Assembly: GCA_946965045.2 (NCBI GenBank)
Contig: OX337228.1
Coordinates: 6,324,001 to 6,388,000, forward strand
DNA length: 64,000 nucleotides
DNA from: Epithemia pelagica
Taxonomy: Eukaryota; Protista; Bacillariophyta
Reading direction: 5' to 3'
A model generated the notes under the pieces. The model had not been told where the DNA came from and did not search any database. It was given only the letters and a program-made list of their open reading frames with translations. Shown piece after piece: positions 21,285-31,944 of the stretch (within the stretch, counting starts at the first letter, position 1; every line of letters starts with the position of its first letter). Made by a program: the position numbers and the translations under genes.

Positions 21285-22976
21285 TTAGCTTTCTTCCTTG
21301 GTGTCATCCTTCTTTTCATCGGCCGGAAGCGTAGTCTTGTCCGTCGACTCCTCCTCTCCAAACCGAGACGGCGCCTTGGCAATTTCTTGTTCCAAAAGGG
21401 ATGCGACATTGGTTGCTTCTTGAGCTTTGCCAAATCGAAACAACAAGGTTGTGGCACCACTACCACCATTGGCAGTTGCTTCTCCTCCTCCTCCTCCCGC
21501 TGGAGTGGAAAATTTGACATGACGGTCACTGGGTTTGGCAATGGTCGATTCGGCAAACAATTGTTGATTGATCAACACTTTGGTAGCCGAAGCGGTATTA
21601 ATTCGGCGGCGTTGGACGAGACGTACGGAAGGTTTCTTGGTGGCATTGTTGTCGTTGGTTGTTTCGTTGGATTGCAAAATACGCAATGGACCGATTCCAA
21701 CTTCATGCCAGGCCATATCACTCTTGGTCGTTGTCGGTGCAGAAGAAGGATGCGAAGTGCTCTCTGCGTTTGGTTTGGAACCTTTTGTCTCAGTCTTGGT
21801 GGCGGTGGTTGCATCCTTTTCACTGGAAGAACCCTCCGGCTTGTCCGTGGTGTTGGGTTTCTGGTCCGATTCTTCAGTATTAGGATTGGGTTTGGACGAC
21901 GACGACGACGACAAGCTCGATTCTGTGGGAGGAACAGCGGCTGATACCAGTGAGGTTGTTGTCGAACTCTCGTGGTTCGAATCCGCTGTACTGTTGCCAG
22001 ACGCTGGACCCCATCGATGGGTTTTGCATTTGACTTCAAGCAAGAGAATTTCATTTTCTTCACCCGATTGCGGTTGGTAGTCCGTGGGGAGCAATGTATT
22101 TTGGCTAGTGGTTGTCGTGGTTGGTTCTGTGGAGGCTCCTGCTGCTGCGGATTCTCCCAAAGGTTCAGTACTGTTGTCACCTGCAGTTGATTGTGATTGT
22201 TGTTGTTGTTTTGGCAAGGGAGCAAAGGAAAAGTTGAATGTCGATTGCGATTTAGTACCATCCGTTTCCTCCAATGCTTCCTTGGTTGTCGATTCTCCTG
22301 TAGATGGACCCGATTTGGCAGCGCCTCCAAAGACAGAGCTCGTGGTGGTGGTTGCGGCCGTGGTGCTTCCAAAACCCGCAAAGGGTGTAGACGTCGTACT
22401 ACTCGTAGCAAAACCACCAAAGCCGGTTCCAAATCCTGCACTCCCAAATCCTCCCGACGATGCTGAGGAGGTACCAAATCCACTCCCTCGATTCTTCACT
22501 GCATCAAAGCCAGAGAATGGAGCATTGACACCAAAAATAGGACTCTTGGCTTGCGTTGTTGTTGTTGTTGTATCCTTGTCGTCCTCCTTCTTGTCATTGG
22601 ACGTGGGGGCAACCAAATTCACGGCAGCAAAGGGATTGGCCGTCTTCTTTTTGGACCAATCCACAGTACCATCTTTATTGCGAGCAATTTTGGCTATGCG
22701 TCTTGTTTTCAGAACTTCTTCCGAAGCTTTGGGGATGGTTCCTACAGTCACGGGTTCCTCACTTCCCGTCCCTTCGGGGTCGTTCTCATCGTCCTTGGTT
22801 AGTTGACGACCCGCAACTCGCTTCTTGGTGACCGGTGGCTCTACCGACGACGTTGTTGTTGTTGATGCTGTTGACTTGTCCTGGTTCTTGTTGTTGTCGG
22901 TGGCGGACGAATCCTTCTGGTCCTCTGCCTCATTCTGGATGGAGGAGGAGGAGTCTGCTGGGGCTGGATCCGTCAT
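21285..22976 (-). CDS. NUP50: Nucleoporin Nup50/Nup2-like
   Basis: N-terminal KRVAGRQLTKDD...KASEEVLKTRRIAK motif, FG repeats (IFG, GFG, VFG), C-terminal Ran-binding-like domain (WHEVGIGPLRIL, RLVQRR, KVLINQQL). Confidence 0.85.
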   Translation of the reverse strand: MTDPAPADSSSSIQNEAEDQKDSSATDNNKNQDKSTASTTTTSSVEPPVTKKRVAGRQLTKDDENDPEGTGSEEPVTVGTIPKASEEVLKTRRIAKIARNKDGTVDWSKKKTANPFAAVNLVAPTSNDKKEDDKDTTTTTTQAKSPIFGVNAPFSGFDAVKNRGSGFGTSSASSGGFGSAGFGTGFGGFATSSTTSTPFAGFGSTTAATTTTSSVFGGAAKSGPSTGESTTKEALEETDGTKSQSTFNFSFAPLPKQQQQSQSTAGDNSTEPLGESAAAGASTEPTTTTTSQNTLLPTDYQPQSGEENEILLLEVKCKTHRWGPASGNSTADSNHESSTTTSLVSAAVPPTESSLSSSSSSKPNPNTEESDQKPNTTDKPEGSSSEKDATTATKTETKGSKPNAESTSHPSSAPTTTKSDMAWHEVGIGPLRILQSNETTNDNNATKKPSVRLVQRRRINTASATKVLINQQLFAESTIAKPSDRHVKFSTPAGGGGGEATANGGSGATTLLFRFGKAQEATNVASLLEQEIAKAPSRFGEEESTDKTTLPADEKKDDTKEES

Positions 22977-23307
22977 GATGAAAACTCACACCAAATACAA
23001 ACACAATCCAGGGCTTTGTTGGATCACAGATTGCAAGGCGTGTTGTTGTGTTGCAAGAGAGGGGTACTAAGGATGGACCACACCACACCACAGCAACTCT
23101 GTAGGAACATGCACCAAGGACAAGAGCAACTGAGCGACTCCAAAGATTTGTTGTGGTCACACTGCGACGCAAAAAATGGTGGGGTGCGGCGGAAGCTTCT
23201 CCCCATCCTGAAAGAGCAAACCCGGATTTTAAACTGCGACTGGCTGCCTCCGACCATGGCAGGGGAACGATTCCAACCGCAATGGTAGTAGTAGTAGAAG
23301 AAGAAGA

Positions 23308-24129
23308 ATGAGTTCTGATTCGACCCAACCACCAACCACAGCCACATCTTCCTCTTCGACAACCGATGCAGCCTTGTCCGAATCAAAGTCGTCCTCGTCG
23401 TCTGCGGTGATTCTCCGCATAGCCGTAGGATCTTCCAATCCCTCCAAGATCAATGCCGTCCTCTTGGCCTTTCGACAATGTTTGAATCGAAAATCCAACC
23501 ACGGCGATGGAGTCTCCCTGGAGATTGAAGGATTTTCGGTCGATTCAGGTGTGGATGATCAACCCTATGGCGATCAAATGACTTGTCATGGAGCCAAACA
23601 ACGAGCCCAGGGAGCCTATCTTGCCTACAAAAAGAAACATGGTGCCTATCCACATTTGGCCGTTGGCATGGAGGGTGGTGTCGAATGGGTAACATCGGGG
23701 TCGACACGACAAACATCCAACGAAATCAACCATGACAAAGACGAAGAAACGACCTTGTTTTGCATGGCATGGATGGCCGTGTATGGCAAACGCCAAGCAT
23801 CCACGGTCGATTTGCTGGCCAGTGAGGATACCAAGACCTATTATGGAGATCAAAAACCCTATTATGGCGTGGCCAAATCAGCCTCCTTTCCCTTACCACC
23901 CGACCTTTCGAAATTGATGGTCGAACAACAAATGGAATTGGGAGCCGCCGATGATGCCATGTTTGGTCGAACCAATTCCAAACAGGGTTCGGGTTCGGTT
24001 GGTTATTTGACGGATGGATTGATTGATCGATCGTCCTATTATCAACATGCCATTATTCTCGCCCTGGAACCTTGGATTCGTCCCGAATTGTTCCCACCTG
24101 AACATGCCGAAACGAATGCGGCGAGATGA
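23308..24129 (+). CDS. yjjX: Non-canonical purine NTP phosphatase (ITP/XTPase, YjjX/NTPase_I-T family)
   Basis: AVGSSNPSKINAV, VDSGVDDQP, GAKQRA, VGMEGG, ELGAADD, GSVGYLTDGLIDRSSYY..AIILAL. Confidence 0.85.
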   Translation: MSSDSTQPPTTATSSSSTTDAALSESKSSSSSAVILRIAVGSSNPSKINAVLLAFRQCLNRKSNHGDGVSLEIEGFSVDSGVDDQPYGDQMTCHGAKQRAQGAYLAYKKKHGAYPHLAVGMEGGVEWVTSGSTRQTSNEINHDKDEETTLFCMAWMAVYGKRQASTVDLLASEDTKTYYGDQKPYYGVAKSASFPLPPDLSKLMVEQQMELGAADDAMFGRTNSKQGSGSVGYLTDGLIDRSSYYQHAIILALEPWIRPELFPPEHAETNAAR

Positions 24130-24597
24130 CACGACATACGGTAGTATAGTATTCATGAAGATCTAGTTTGTATAGTATCCTTTTGTTCTTGGTCCTTTCT
24201 TGTTGGTTTAGCGTGATTCCCAACACATCTACAAGACTTTTATCGTAGACTTTGTTGTGTGCTTTTTCTTAGGAGAAGAGTAGGAGGAACTCCTAGAGGG
24301 GAGTATGACACTAGAGGATTTTATTGCAGCAGTTAGCTCTCGGGGGTTGGTAGACAAGTCGACGACTGCCGACTCAAAAGTACAACGTCATACCGGTCCT
24401 ACGTGTCTTTCATTGTTCGCCTTTCCTGACACAACACATCCACACACACGCACCCATCACAAGAAGAAGGTATCTAAATAACATGGCTATGATTCACAAA
24501 AATTGCTCCCAACCACATCCACCTATCTCTCCATTTCTCTCGAATCGACGACCGTCGGAAGAGACAAATCGAGAGAGTCCCATTCACTATCGCCACC

Positions 24598-26848
24598 ATG
24601 TCGATTCAAACTGCCGTTTGTTTCATTTTGCTATGTTTGCCATTCCAAGAGGTGGCACGAGCCTTTACTCCGCTTCCAACCTTCAAGGTTGGAATGCCGA
24701 GCGCGAGATTCCAGTCGACCGCCGCGGTCGAAGCGACCGAATCTAGCACCGTGACGGCCGACAAGATTCGAAACATTGCCGTGATTGCTCATGTCGATCA
24801 TGGAAAGACGACGCTGTGAGTCGAGTAATCCCCTGGTCCTTGGTCGGGTGCTGTGCCAAGCCAATCTCACACATTTCTATATGTACGCATTTTATGTAGG
24901 GTCGACGCCCTCATTCGGCAGTCGGGTGTCTTCCGTGACGAATCACAACAACAAGAACGAGTGATGGACAATCAGGATCAAGAGCGAGAGCGGGGGATTA
25001 CAATTCTCGCCAAGAACTTGGCTGTCATGTACAATGGTGTCAAAATGAATATTCTCGACACACCCGGTACGTCGTTGCACTCCCTCCGACCGTGCATCAC
25101 CTACGCATGCAACTAGGATAAAAGTTTTTCTCTGAAAATCTATTGTCTGACACTGTCTGTTTTCGTTTCATCTTTCTCGTTGCTGTGTATGTGACTTGCC
25201 TTACTCATTGTCGATACTATACCCGTCGACTAAAGGCCACGCGGATTTCGGAGGAGAAGTCGAACGTGTTCTGAACATGGCCGATGGTGTGTTGCTCCTA
25301 GTCGATAGTGTAGAGGGGCCGAAACCTCAAACTCGTTTTGTGTTGGACAAGGCCTTGCAAAAAGGCATGAAGGCTTTGGTCGTTGTCAACAAGATTGACC
25401 GGCCGTCGGCCCGGCCCGACTACGTTATCGATAAGGTATTTGATCTTTTCGTCGAACTTGGTGCGACGGATGAACAAACAGATTTCAGAGTTGTCTATGC
25501 CTCGGGATTGAACGGTATTGCTGGCGATGAGCCGAATGAACTGGCCGAGGATATGTCGCCCTTGTTTGAAGCCATTTTGACGGCCATTGATGCACCCACT
25601 GTCGAAAAGTCGGAACCCGAGTCTCTTCAATGCCTCATTTCCAACATCGATTTCGACAACTTCAAGGGAAAGATGGGTATCGCCCGTATCACGAATGGCT
25701 CTGTCCGATCTGGTCAGCCTGTAGCCTTGGTGCACCCCGATAAGGAAAAGAGGACTGGTCGTGTTGGTAACCTCTTTGTGTTTGATAACCTTGGTAAGAA
25801 GGAAGTTGAAGAAGCGCATGCCGGAGAGATTGTCATGTTTTCGGGGCTTGCCGATGTTGAAATTGGAGATACCCTGGTCACCAACGAAAACGCTGGAGCC
25901 AATGCTGCGGAACCCCTCCCACCCATTGCCGTCGAACAGCCAACCGTGCGCATGACGATTGGTGTCAACAAATCACCCCTTGCAGGTCGCGAAGGCAAGT
26001 TTTTGACCAGTCGAATGATTCGCGACCGTCTGTTCAAGGAGTTGGATCGCAACGTGGCCCTCCAAGTGGCAGAGACAAGCTCTGCTGATCGATACGAAGT
26101 GTCGGGACGCGGACAACTCCATTTGACGGTGTTGATTGAAACCATGCGCCGTGAAGGATTTGAACTTGAGGTTGGACCTCCCAGTGTTATTTACATGGAA
26201 AACCCTGAAACTGGCAAAATGGAAGAGCCTTGGGAATCTGTCGAAGTGCGTGCTCCAGAGGAATTTGTGGGCGGAGTGATTGATATTTTGAACCAAAGGA
26301 AAGGAGAACTTCAAGACATGGGTCTAGAAGAAGGAGAAGGCCTCACTATTGTCAAGTACATGGTTCCTACTCGGGGTATGTTGGGACTTCGGAGTAGTCT
26401 CCTTACAGCTACTCGGGGTACGGCCATTATTGACAGCGTATTTGATTCGTATCGGGAGAAGATTGCGGATGAAATCCAAGGCCGCGACAAGGGATCCCTT
26501 TTGGCCTTTGCGGACGGGCCTACCACAAGCTTTGGAATTGAAGGTGCCCAAGATCGTGGCCGACTCTTTGTCAGCCCGGGCGATGATGTCTACAAGGGCA
26601 TGATTGTCGGAATTCATCAACGACCGGGCGATTTGGAAGTCAATGTCTGTAAAACAAAGGCACTGACAAACATGCGATCAGCGAACAAAGGAATTACGAC
26701 CGGCATTGTCGCACCTGTTGACATGTCTCTGGACGCCTGTGTTGAATATCTTGCTGCTGACGAGATTTTGGAAGTCACTCCGAGTCTCTTCCGCATGGCC
26801 AAGAATCCTGACATGGCTGGGAAGAAGAACAAGGGCAGTAAGAAATAA
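24598..26848 (+). CDS. typA: Plastid-targeted translational GTPase TypA/BipA; exons 24598-24815, 24900-25066, 25236-26848 (666 codons)
   Basis: Spliced G1 [58 protein letters not shown]. Signal peptide with an ASAFAP-like VARA-FTP cleavage site and an S/T/A-rich transit peptide. Confidence 0.95.
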
Positions 26849-27389
26849 GCTTGGTATGCTCTCCTTCAACATACATATGTCGTGCAATGACTTTGGTAAC
26901 CCGCCAATATATGGGAATACAACATTATTCAGCAGACGTTTTTCTCTGCAAGTCATGCCCATGTGGTGAAACTTCATGCACGTTGTCGGGAAAGTTCACA
27001 GTCTAAGGTTGTACTAATGATACAAATCAATTTCTTCTTCTTTCAGGTATCTTCTGAGGCGGACGCACCTGTGTAGCATTATGCGTTAGGATGTTGTGTT
27101 CTTTCCTTTTGAGGTTGCCATCGATCAACAGAACTTCAATTAGCCCCTTGGGGTCGTGGCCATGTACGTCGCAGAAATGACGACGTACGGAGTTTCTTTT
27201 TCAGATCCATGCGTAATTTGTTGTGCTTCACAAATGCCGGAGAACAGATCATCTCCATTCTTCGTATGCAAGAATCTCGATAGCCTCTGAACCAGCGAGA
27301 TTGCAAACACAAACAACATCTAAAAAATGATCTTTAAATGGGAAAGTTCACAGTGCTTATGTTTGTCATGTATAAATAATAGTACCAAT

Positions 27390-29000
27390 CTATTTCTCCT
27401 TCTTCTTTTCTGCATCTTCTGAGGCATCTTGAGTCGTCGAAGGTTCCTCTTCACTTGGTTCGAGTACATTGGTATCGATGGAGAGTTCTTGATCTGCTCC
27501 CAAAAAGTCTTGAGATTTGACCGCGACAAATATCTTGTATTTGCCTGGATTCTCGGGTGCTGTGATACGAACTTTGACGGCTCCAGTCTTTTGAGCGATA
27601 TTCTGCACCATCATGGGGAAAGCGGTCCGTACTCGTTGATCCGGACTACTCTGCTTTAATTTATCTGCCACGCTCTTGTCCAATTGGTCAATGAATTTGG
27701 GAGGAATATCTTCCACGGCATTTTCAGTGTCCTTACTCGTAGCTTGCCAGCGTACCAGAAACCACCAAGCTTCACGATAACCTTGCAAGGCCACTTGTGG
27801 AGGAATGCCCTGTTTCTTGCATTGTTCGATTTTAACCTTGGTGAATGCTTCGGCATGTTTCCGATCAACCGGTATGACAACGACGGCTGGTTGACCGGCC
27901 ACGAGATCCGTCATGCGTTCCGGTTGTTCCGGTTCCTTTGCTTCTTCTTTGTCATTGGCTTTGTTGTTGTTGTTGTCTTTTCGGGGCTTTTCGAAAAAGA
28001 GTTCTCCAATCTCGAGACGAGGCAAAGTGTTGTATTGTCGTGCCATTTGACCGTTAAAGAAGGGCAGTGATTTTGCGTCGTTGGGGTCACAGCCAATCTT
28101 GAAGGCTGCCAACATTTCGACCAAAGTGGCAAAGAGAGGGAAGCAATGAAGGGAATGAGCAATTCGGATCGAGGCCTCCAATATCAGGGCAATCCTTTGT
28201 CGAAACTCGAGAGATCCTTTGAAATAGGTCTCATCGGCCAACTTTTTGAGGCCAGCTTCAATGAGCTCCGGATGGCCATTGAGTTTGCTGGAATTAATTC
28301 GACCCATGGTCATACAGAGGCATCTGCGGAAAGCCGGATGATCCATTGGCTTCAACTTTTTGGTCAAAGTCCTGCCATTCTTGGTTTGTTTGTAAACAAA
28401 TGTTTCATCTGCCATAGCACCCAACTTGGGAGGCCATGCATCGTTTTCTCCCAACACTCGCATGACCCACTCCTGTCCAATGACCCCTTTGTCCAACCCT
28501 TCCATGGGAGGCAACGTCTTGCCTGTCGCCTTTCGGAAACGAGCTCGTTCATCCTCCTTTTTCTTCTCCTCTTCTTTGGCTTTTCTCACAGCATCGCTCG
28601 CTTCCCCATCTTCATCACCCTCGGCATCGTCGTCGTCACCCCATCCACCGGCATTGACGAGATCATCAAAGTCCACACCTCCTTTTTTGGACTTGGCCTC
28701 GTCGGCCAATTGCTTTTCCCTCTTTTCTCGAAGATCATCAATTTTTTCAATCTCTTCCGTGGCTCGCTCCAAAATTGAATTCATGGAGATTACGGCCCAC
28801 AAAATATCCATGTGCGTCGCATCGGGCCCCAATCGGTTGAACATTCTCACGAAATCCTCCATGGGAACCGGTCCCAGCGATGCCAAACTCTTGGACGACG
28901 CATCCTGCTTGTCTTTCGCCGCCTTAATGCCGGAGAGGTAAATGTAGGCACCCACACCCGCCACGAGCACCAACGCAAGGACAAGAGCCCACATCCACAT
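27390..29000 (-). CDS. Sec63-like protein: a single N-terminal TM helix plus Sec63/Brl C-terminal domain, no J domain
   Basis: REAWWFLV and APENPGKYKIFVAVKSQDFLGADQ resemble the Sec63 C-terminal fold as I recall it (EWWWL...APGKPGNY...SDSYMG.D). First ATG at 29000. Confidence 0.75.
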   Translation of the reverse strand: MWMWALVLALVLVAGVGAYIYLSGIKAAKDKQDASSKSLASLGPVPMEDFVRMFNRLGPDATHMDILWAVISMNSILERATEEIEKIDDLREKREKQLADEAKSKKGGVDFDDLVNAGGWGDDDDAEGDEDGEASDAVRKAKEEEKKKEDERARFRKATGKTLPPMEGLDKGVIGQEWVMRVLGENDAWPPKLGAMADETFVYKQTKNGRTLTKKLKPMDHPAFRRCLCMTMGRINSSKLNGHPELIEAGLKKLADETYFKGSLEFRQRIALILEASIRIAHSLHCFPLFATLVEMLAAFKIGCDPNDAKSLPFFNGQMARQYNTLPRLEIGELFFEKPRKDNNNNKANDKEEAKEPEQPERMTDLVAGQPAVVVIPVDRKHAEAFTKVKIEQCKKQGIPPQVALQGYREAWWFLVRWQATSKDTENAVEDIPPKFIDQLDKSVADKLKQSSPDQRVRTAFPMMVQNIAQKTGAVKVRITAPENPGKYKIFVAVKSQDFLGADQELSIDTNVLEPSEEEPSTTQDASEDAEKKKEK

Positions 29001-29292
29001 AATGATCTGATAATGATGAATGGCCAACCACTAACACAGTGTGTGTCTGCTACAATTGACCCGTCGTCGTCTCTCGCCTACTTCAAGTGGACGGTGAGCG
29101 GACGCGCAATGATGATGTGTTTCGTCCTGGCAGACAGACACTTCAAGGTGCACCACGTGGCAGTCGCGAAAAGATTGCATGCATATCAAAAGTCTCTTCC
29201 TGCTATACCGTAATGTTACCCCCTCTTTTGTTCTGGTGGCTGCACCTCATTCCACACATGGATTTCGCAAAGCTTTTTGGTCGGTCGACACC

Positions 29293-31668
29293 ATGACGGA
29301 TGTGGCGCAAATACTGGGCATGGACGATCGCAAGGGAGGAGGCGATGCTCCTCCTCCCTTTGCTGCTGCTTCCTCCAAACCCTCTTCTTCTTCTCCTCCT
29401 GCACCACCGCCATCGGCCGATGAAACTCATGGTCCTCCCAGTCGGGCCTTGCAAAAGTTGCAAGGAAAATCGCGGGAAGTACTGGGATTGTTGGATACCA
29501 CCACGTCTCAGCCTTCTTCGAGCACAACAACTGCCACTTGGAACAAGGCCAATTCCGTTCCCTTACCTCCTACAGTTCCAACCTTTCCACCGAAAACAGG
29601 CAAATTGACGGCGAGTCCCAACGAAGAAGGTGCGATCAAAGTCGGCAATCGCTGGATCAAGATCCAAACACCGGCGCGAAAATGGGCGTGGGCGCCCTTT
29701 TCGTCCACCAGTCGAACGGACGGCACCTTATTTCATCATTGGGTCCGAAGAAACGTCGAATATCCGGATTATCCCTACGCTCGCTTTGATATTCATTTGG
29801 ATCCAGTCTCGTATACCGACGATGAGTATTACCGATATTTATGGAGCGATGCCTGGACCAAAAGTGAAACGGATCGTTTGATGGAATTGGCGAGACGGCA
29901 TGAAATGCGATGGCCCGTTATTTATGATCGATGGATCGAGTTGTTCTATTTGGATGCACCAGAGGGCAGTAGTGGTCAACCACCCAAGGTGGGACGAAAG
30001 ATTGAAGATTTGCAGTTTCGCTTTTATCAAGTAGCTGCCATTCTCAATCAAGTGGCAATCAAGCTAGAAGCTTCGACAGAAGCTCAAATGTTGGCTGCAG
30101 CAACTCCCGATCCCGCTTCGGGGGAAGAACCAAAAGCGGCCATGGAACATTTGCTCTACGAGACTGCGGCCGCACGGCAACTTGCGGCCATGAACGGCCC
30201 ACAGCAACCCTTGATTGCCTGTCCCGGCAGTGGGACATCCAACAAAGTGTTTGATCTGGAACATGAAAGACAACGTCGCTTGTACTTGGAAGCCTTGTGG
30301 AATCGGACCAAGGCCGAAGAAACCGAGGAACGAGAATTGCGAAATGAATTGAAACAAATTGAAGCACAACTCCGCAAAATTAAGAAATCGGGGGCCCATA
30401 TTTTGGCCGCTCGAAGAATTGGTACTGCATCCACAGGCGCATCGACAAGTGCTCCGTCCTCTCGCAACAACTCACGATCCGTGTCCCCCATTAACCACGA
30501 TTCCTTGGCAGCTATGACCGCGACAATGCCTTTGACCACGGCGGCGGCTGTCCCTAGTCCTACGGCCGCCGCCGCGTCCTCCTTCCCAGCCATGTTGGAC
30601 GAAGCCTTTGCCTCTACCTCACCTGTCGCCATGTCCGGAACCCCTTATCTTCAATCCGGACGTTTGATACCTCCTGCTGCCGGTGGTTCGACCGGCCTCA
30701 ACAAGTCATTACTCACACGAATGGATGCCCTACTCGGTGATTTGAAAATTCCCGAAAAACCCTTGCCCACCAAACGGGTGTGCGATATGTACGATTCTGT
30801 GCGAAAAGACATTTTAAGCTTGCTCTTGTGTATGAAGAATGTACTTCAAAAGGAAGGACTGGTACAAAGCAAGCGTCTTCGCTTCACGGGCGATGTCCGA
30901 ATGACGGAAGAATCCGTCATGGGGATTGCCCCTCCCGCCCCAGCGCCTTCCGTTCCCGCGGCTACCAGTGGTACCACCACGGCAACTGCTGCTACAAACT
31001 CGAATACAGGCGTTGGTACCGGCACCACCTCCACGGCTCGACCCAACAAGACCAAAACATCGTCCAAAGGAGGAGGTGGCAAGACTGTCTCGACAAGTTC
31101 GGGCGCCGCCACAGCCAAAACAAAGGGAACTTCCAAGCAAAAATCATCAGGTGAGGACAAGACCGATGGCAAATCTCGAAATGCGAATAATAATAATAAT
31201 AATAATAAGGATGCGACGGCAGCGTCGGGAGGAACAACTGCCGCGGCATCCAGTGGCAACACGGGCAAGCTTGGTACGGCGGCAAGACCATCCAGTGGTA
31301 AGCAGCCGGGTACAACGGGGAAACAAGTCAAAAAGACAACGACCAAACGCAAACGCAAGGCGGACGCGGTCAAATCCACCACTCCACCACCCCCTGCCGG
31401 AGTTACAGCGGGGGCGGCGGCTTCTTTGTCGTCGACCACAGTGACGACTGCCTCGGCAACGGGGACGACTTTTGACAAGAAAGCAGGGGAATCATCTACC
31501 ACAGGGGGACCAGCTTCCACGAGTGCAACTACGACGAATGCGACGCAGCCAAGAAATGCGGAACAACAACAACAACAACAAGGCGATTCGCAGCCTCCCA
31601 GGTCGACTGCGAAGAAGAGACCCCGAAAAAATCAGGACAAATCAAATGCCTCCTCCAATCCGACCTAA
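29293..31668 (+). CDS. SWC4: SWR1/NuA4 subunit SWC4 (DMAP1/EAF2)
   Basis: MTDVAQILG start, WAWAPFSSTSRTDG..FHHW, YPYARF, SANT domain WTKSETDRLMELARRHEMRWPVIYDR, HERQRR, LPTKRVCDMYDSVR; long low-complexity tail. Confidence 0.93.
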   Translation: MTDVAQILGMDDRKGGGDAPPPFAAASSKPSSSSPPAPPPSADETHGPPSRALQKLQGKSREVLGLLDTTTSQPSSSTTTATWNKANSVPLPPTVPTFPPKTGKLTASPNEEGAIKVGNRWIKIQTPARKWAWAPFSSTSRTDGTLFHHWVRRNVEYPDYPYARFDIHLDPVSYTDDEYYRYLWSDAWTKSETDRLMELARRHEMRWPVIYDRWIELFYLDAPEGSSGQPPKVGRKIEDLQFRFYQVAAILNQVAIKLEASTEAQMLAAATPDPASGEEPKAAMEHLLYETAAARQLAAMNGPQQPLIACPGSGTSNKVFDLEHERQRRLYLEALWNRTKAEETEERELRNELKQIEAQLRKIKKSGAHILAARRIGTASTGASTSAPSSRNNSRSVSPINHDSLAAMTATMPLTTAAAVPSPTAAAASSFPAMLDEAFASTSPVAMSGTPYLQSGRLIPPAAGGSTGLNKSLLTRMDALLGDLKIPEKPLPTKRVCDMYDSVRKDILSLLLCMKNVLQKEGLVQSKRLRFTGDVRMTEESVMGIAPPAPAPSVPAATSGTTTATAATNSNTGVGTGTTSTARPNKTKTSSKGGGGKTVSTSSGAATAKTKGTSKQKSSGEDKTDGKSRNANNNNNNNKDATAASGGTTAAASSGNTGKLGTAARPSSGKQPGTTGKQVKKTTTKRKRKADAVKSTTPPPPAGVTAGAAASLSSTTVTTASATGTTFDKKAGESSTTGGPASTSATTTNATQPRNAEQQQQQQGDSQPPRSTAKKRPRKNQDKSNASSNPT

Positions 31669-31944
31669 TGCTTTAACGTTTGTACATTATAATTATGTAC
31701 ATTCTTAATTATGACTCCGCGTGTAGTTATGGATTCTGGACCAATGGCGTTGCTCGAAAGCATCTACTTGGACGAAAAACGAGTTCTACTTGAAGGACAA
31801 AACGGGTGCCGAACAGGTTTTTCGACGAGGAACGTTCACGTGTTATATATATTTCATCACTATCTTACATGGATCATTGGACCATACGTGTTTCCATCCC
31901 CACCCATTGTTCTTTCCGTGTTTGCCATCCGCTCCTTTTTATCA

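Noticed and set aside
20072-21944. Long antisense ORFs (20072-20890 minus; 21114-21944 plus) and many similar shadow ORFs
   Set aside because: They mirror well-supported genes or trinucleotide repeats and have no independent motifs.
27047-27300. Coding-like minus-strand fragments between typA and the Sec63-like gene
   Set aside because: Under 60 codons, bounded by stops, and no family recognised.
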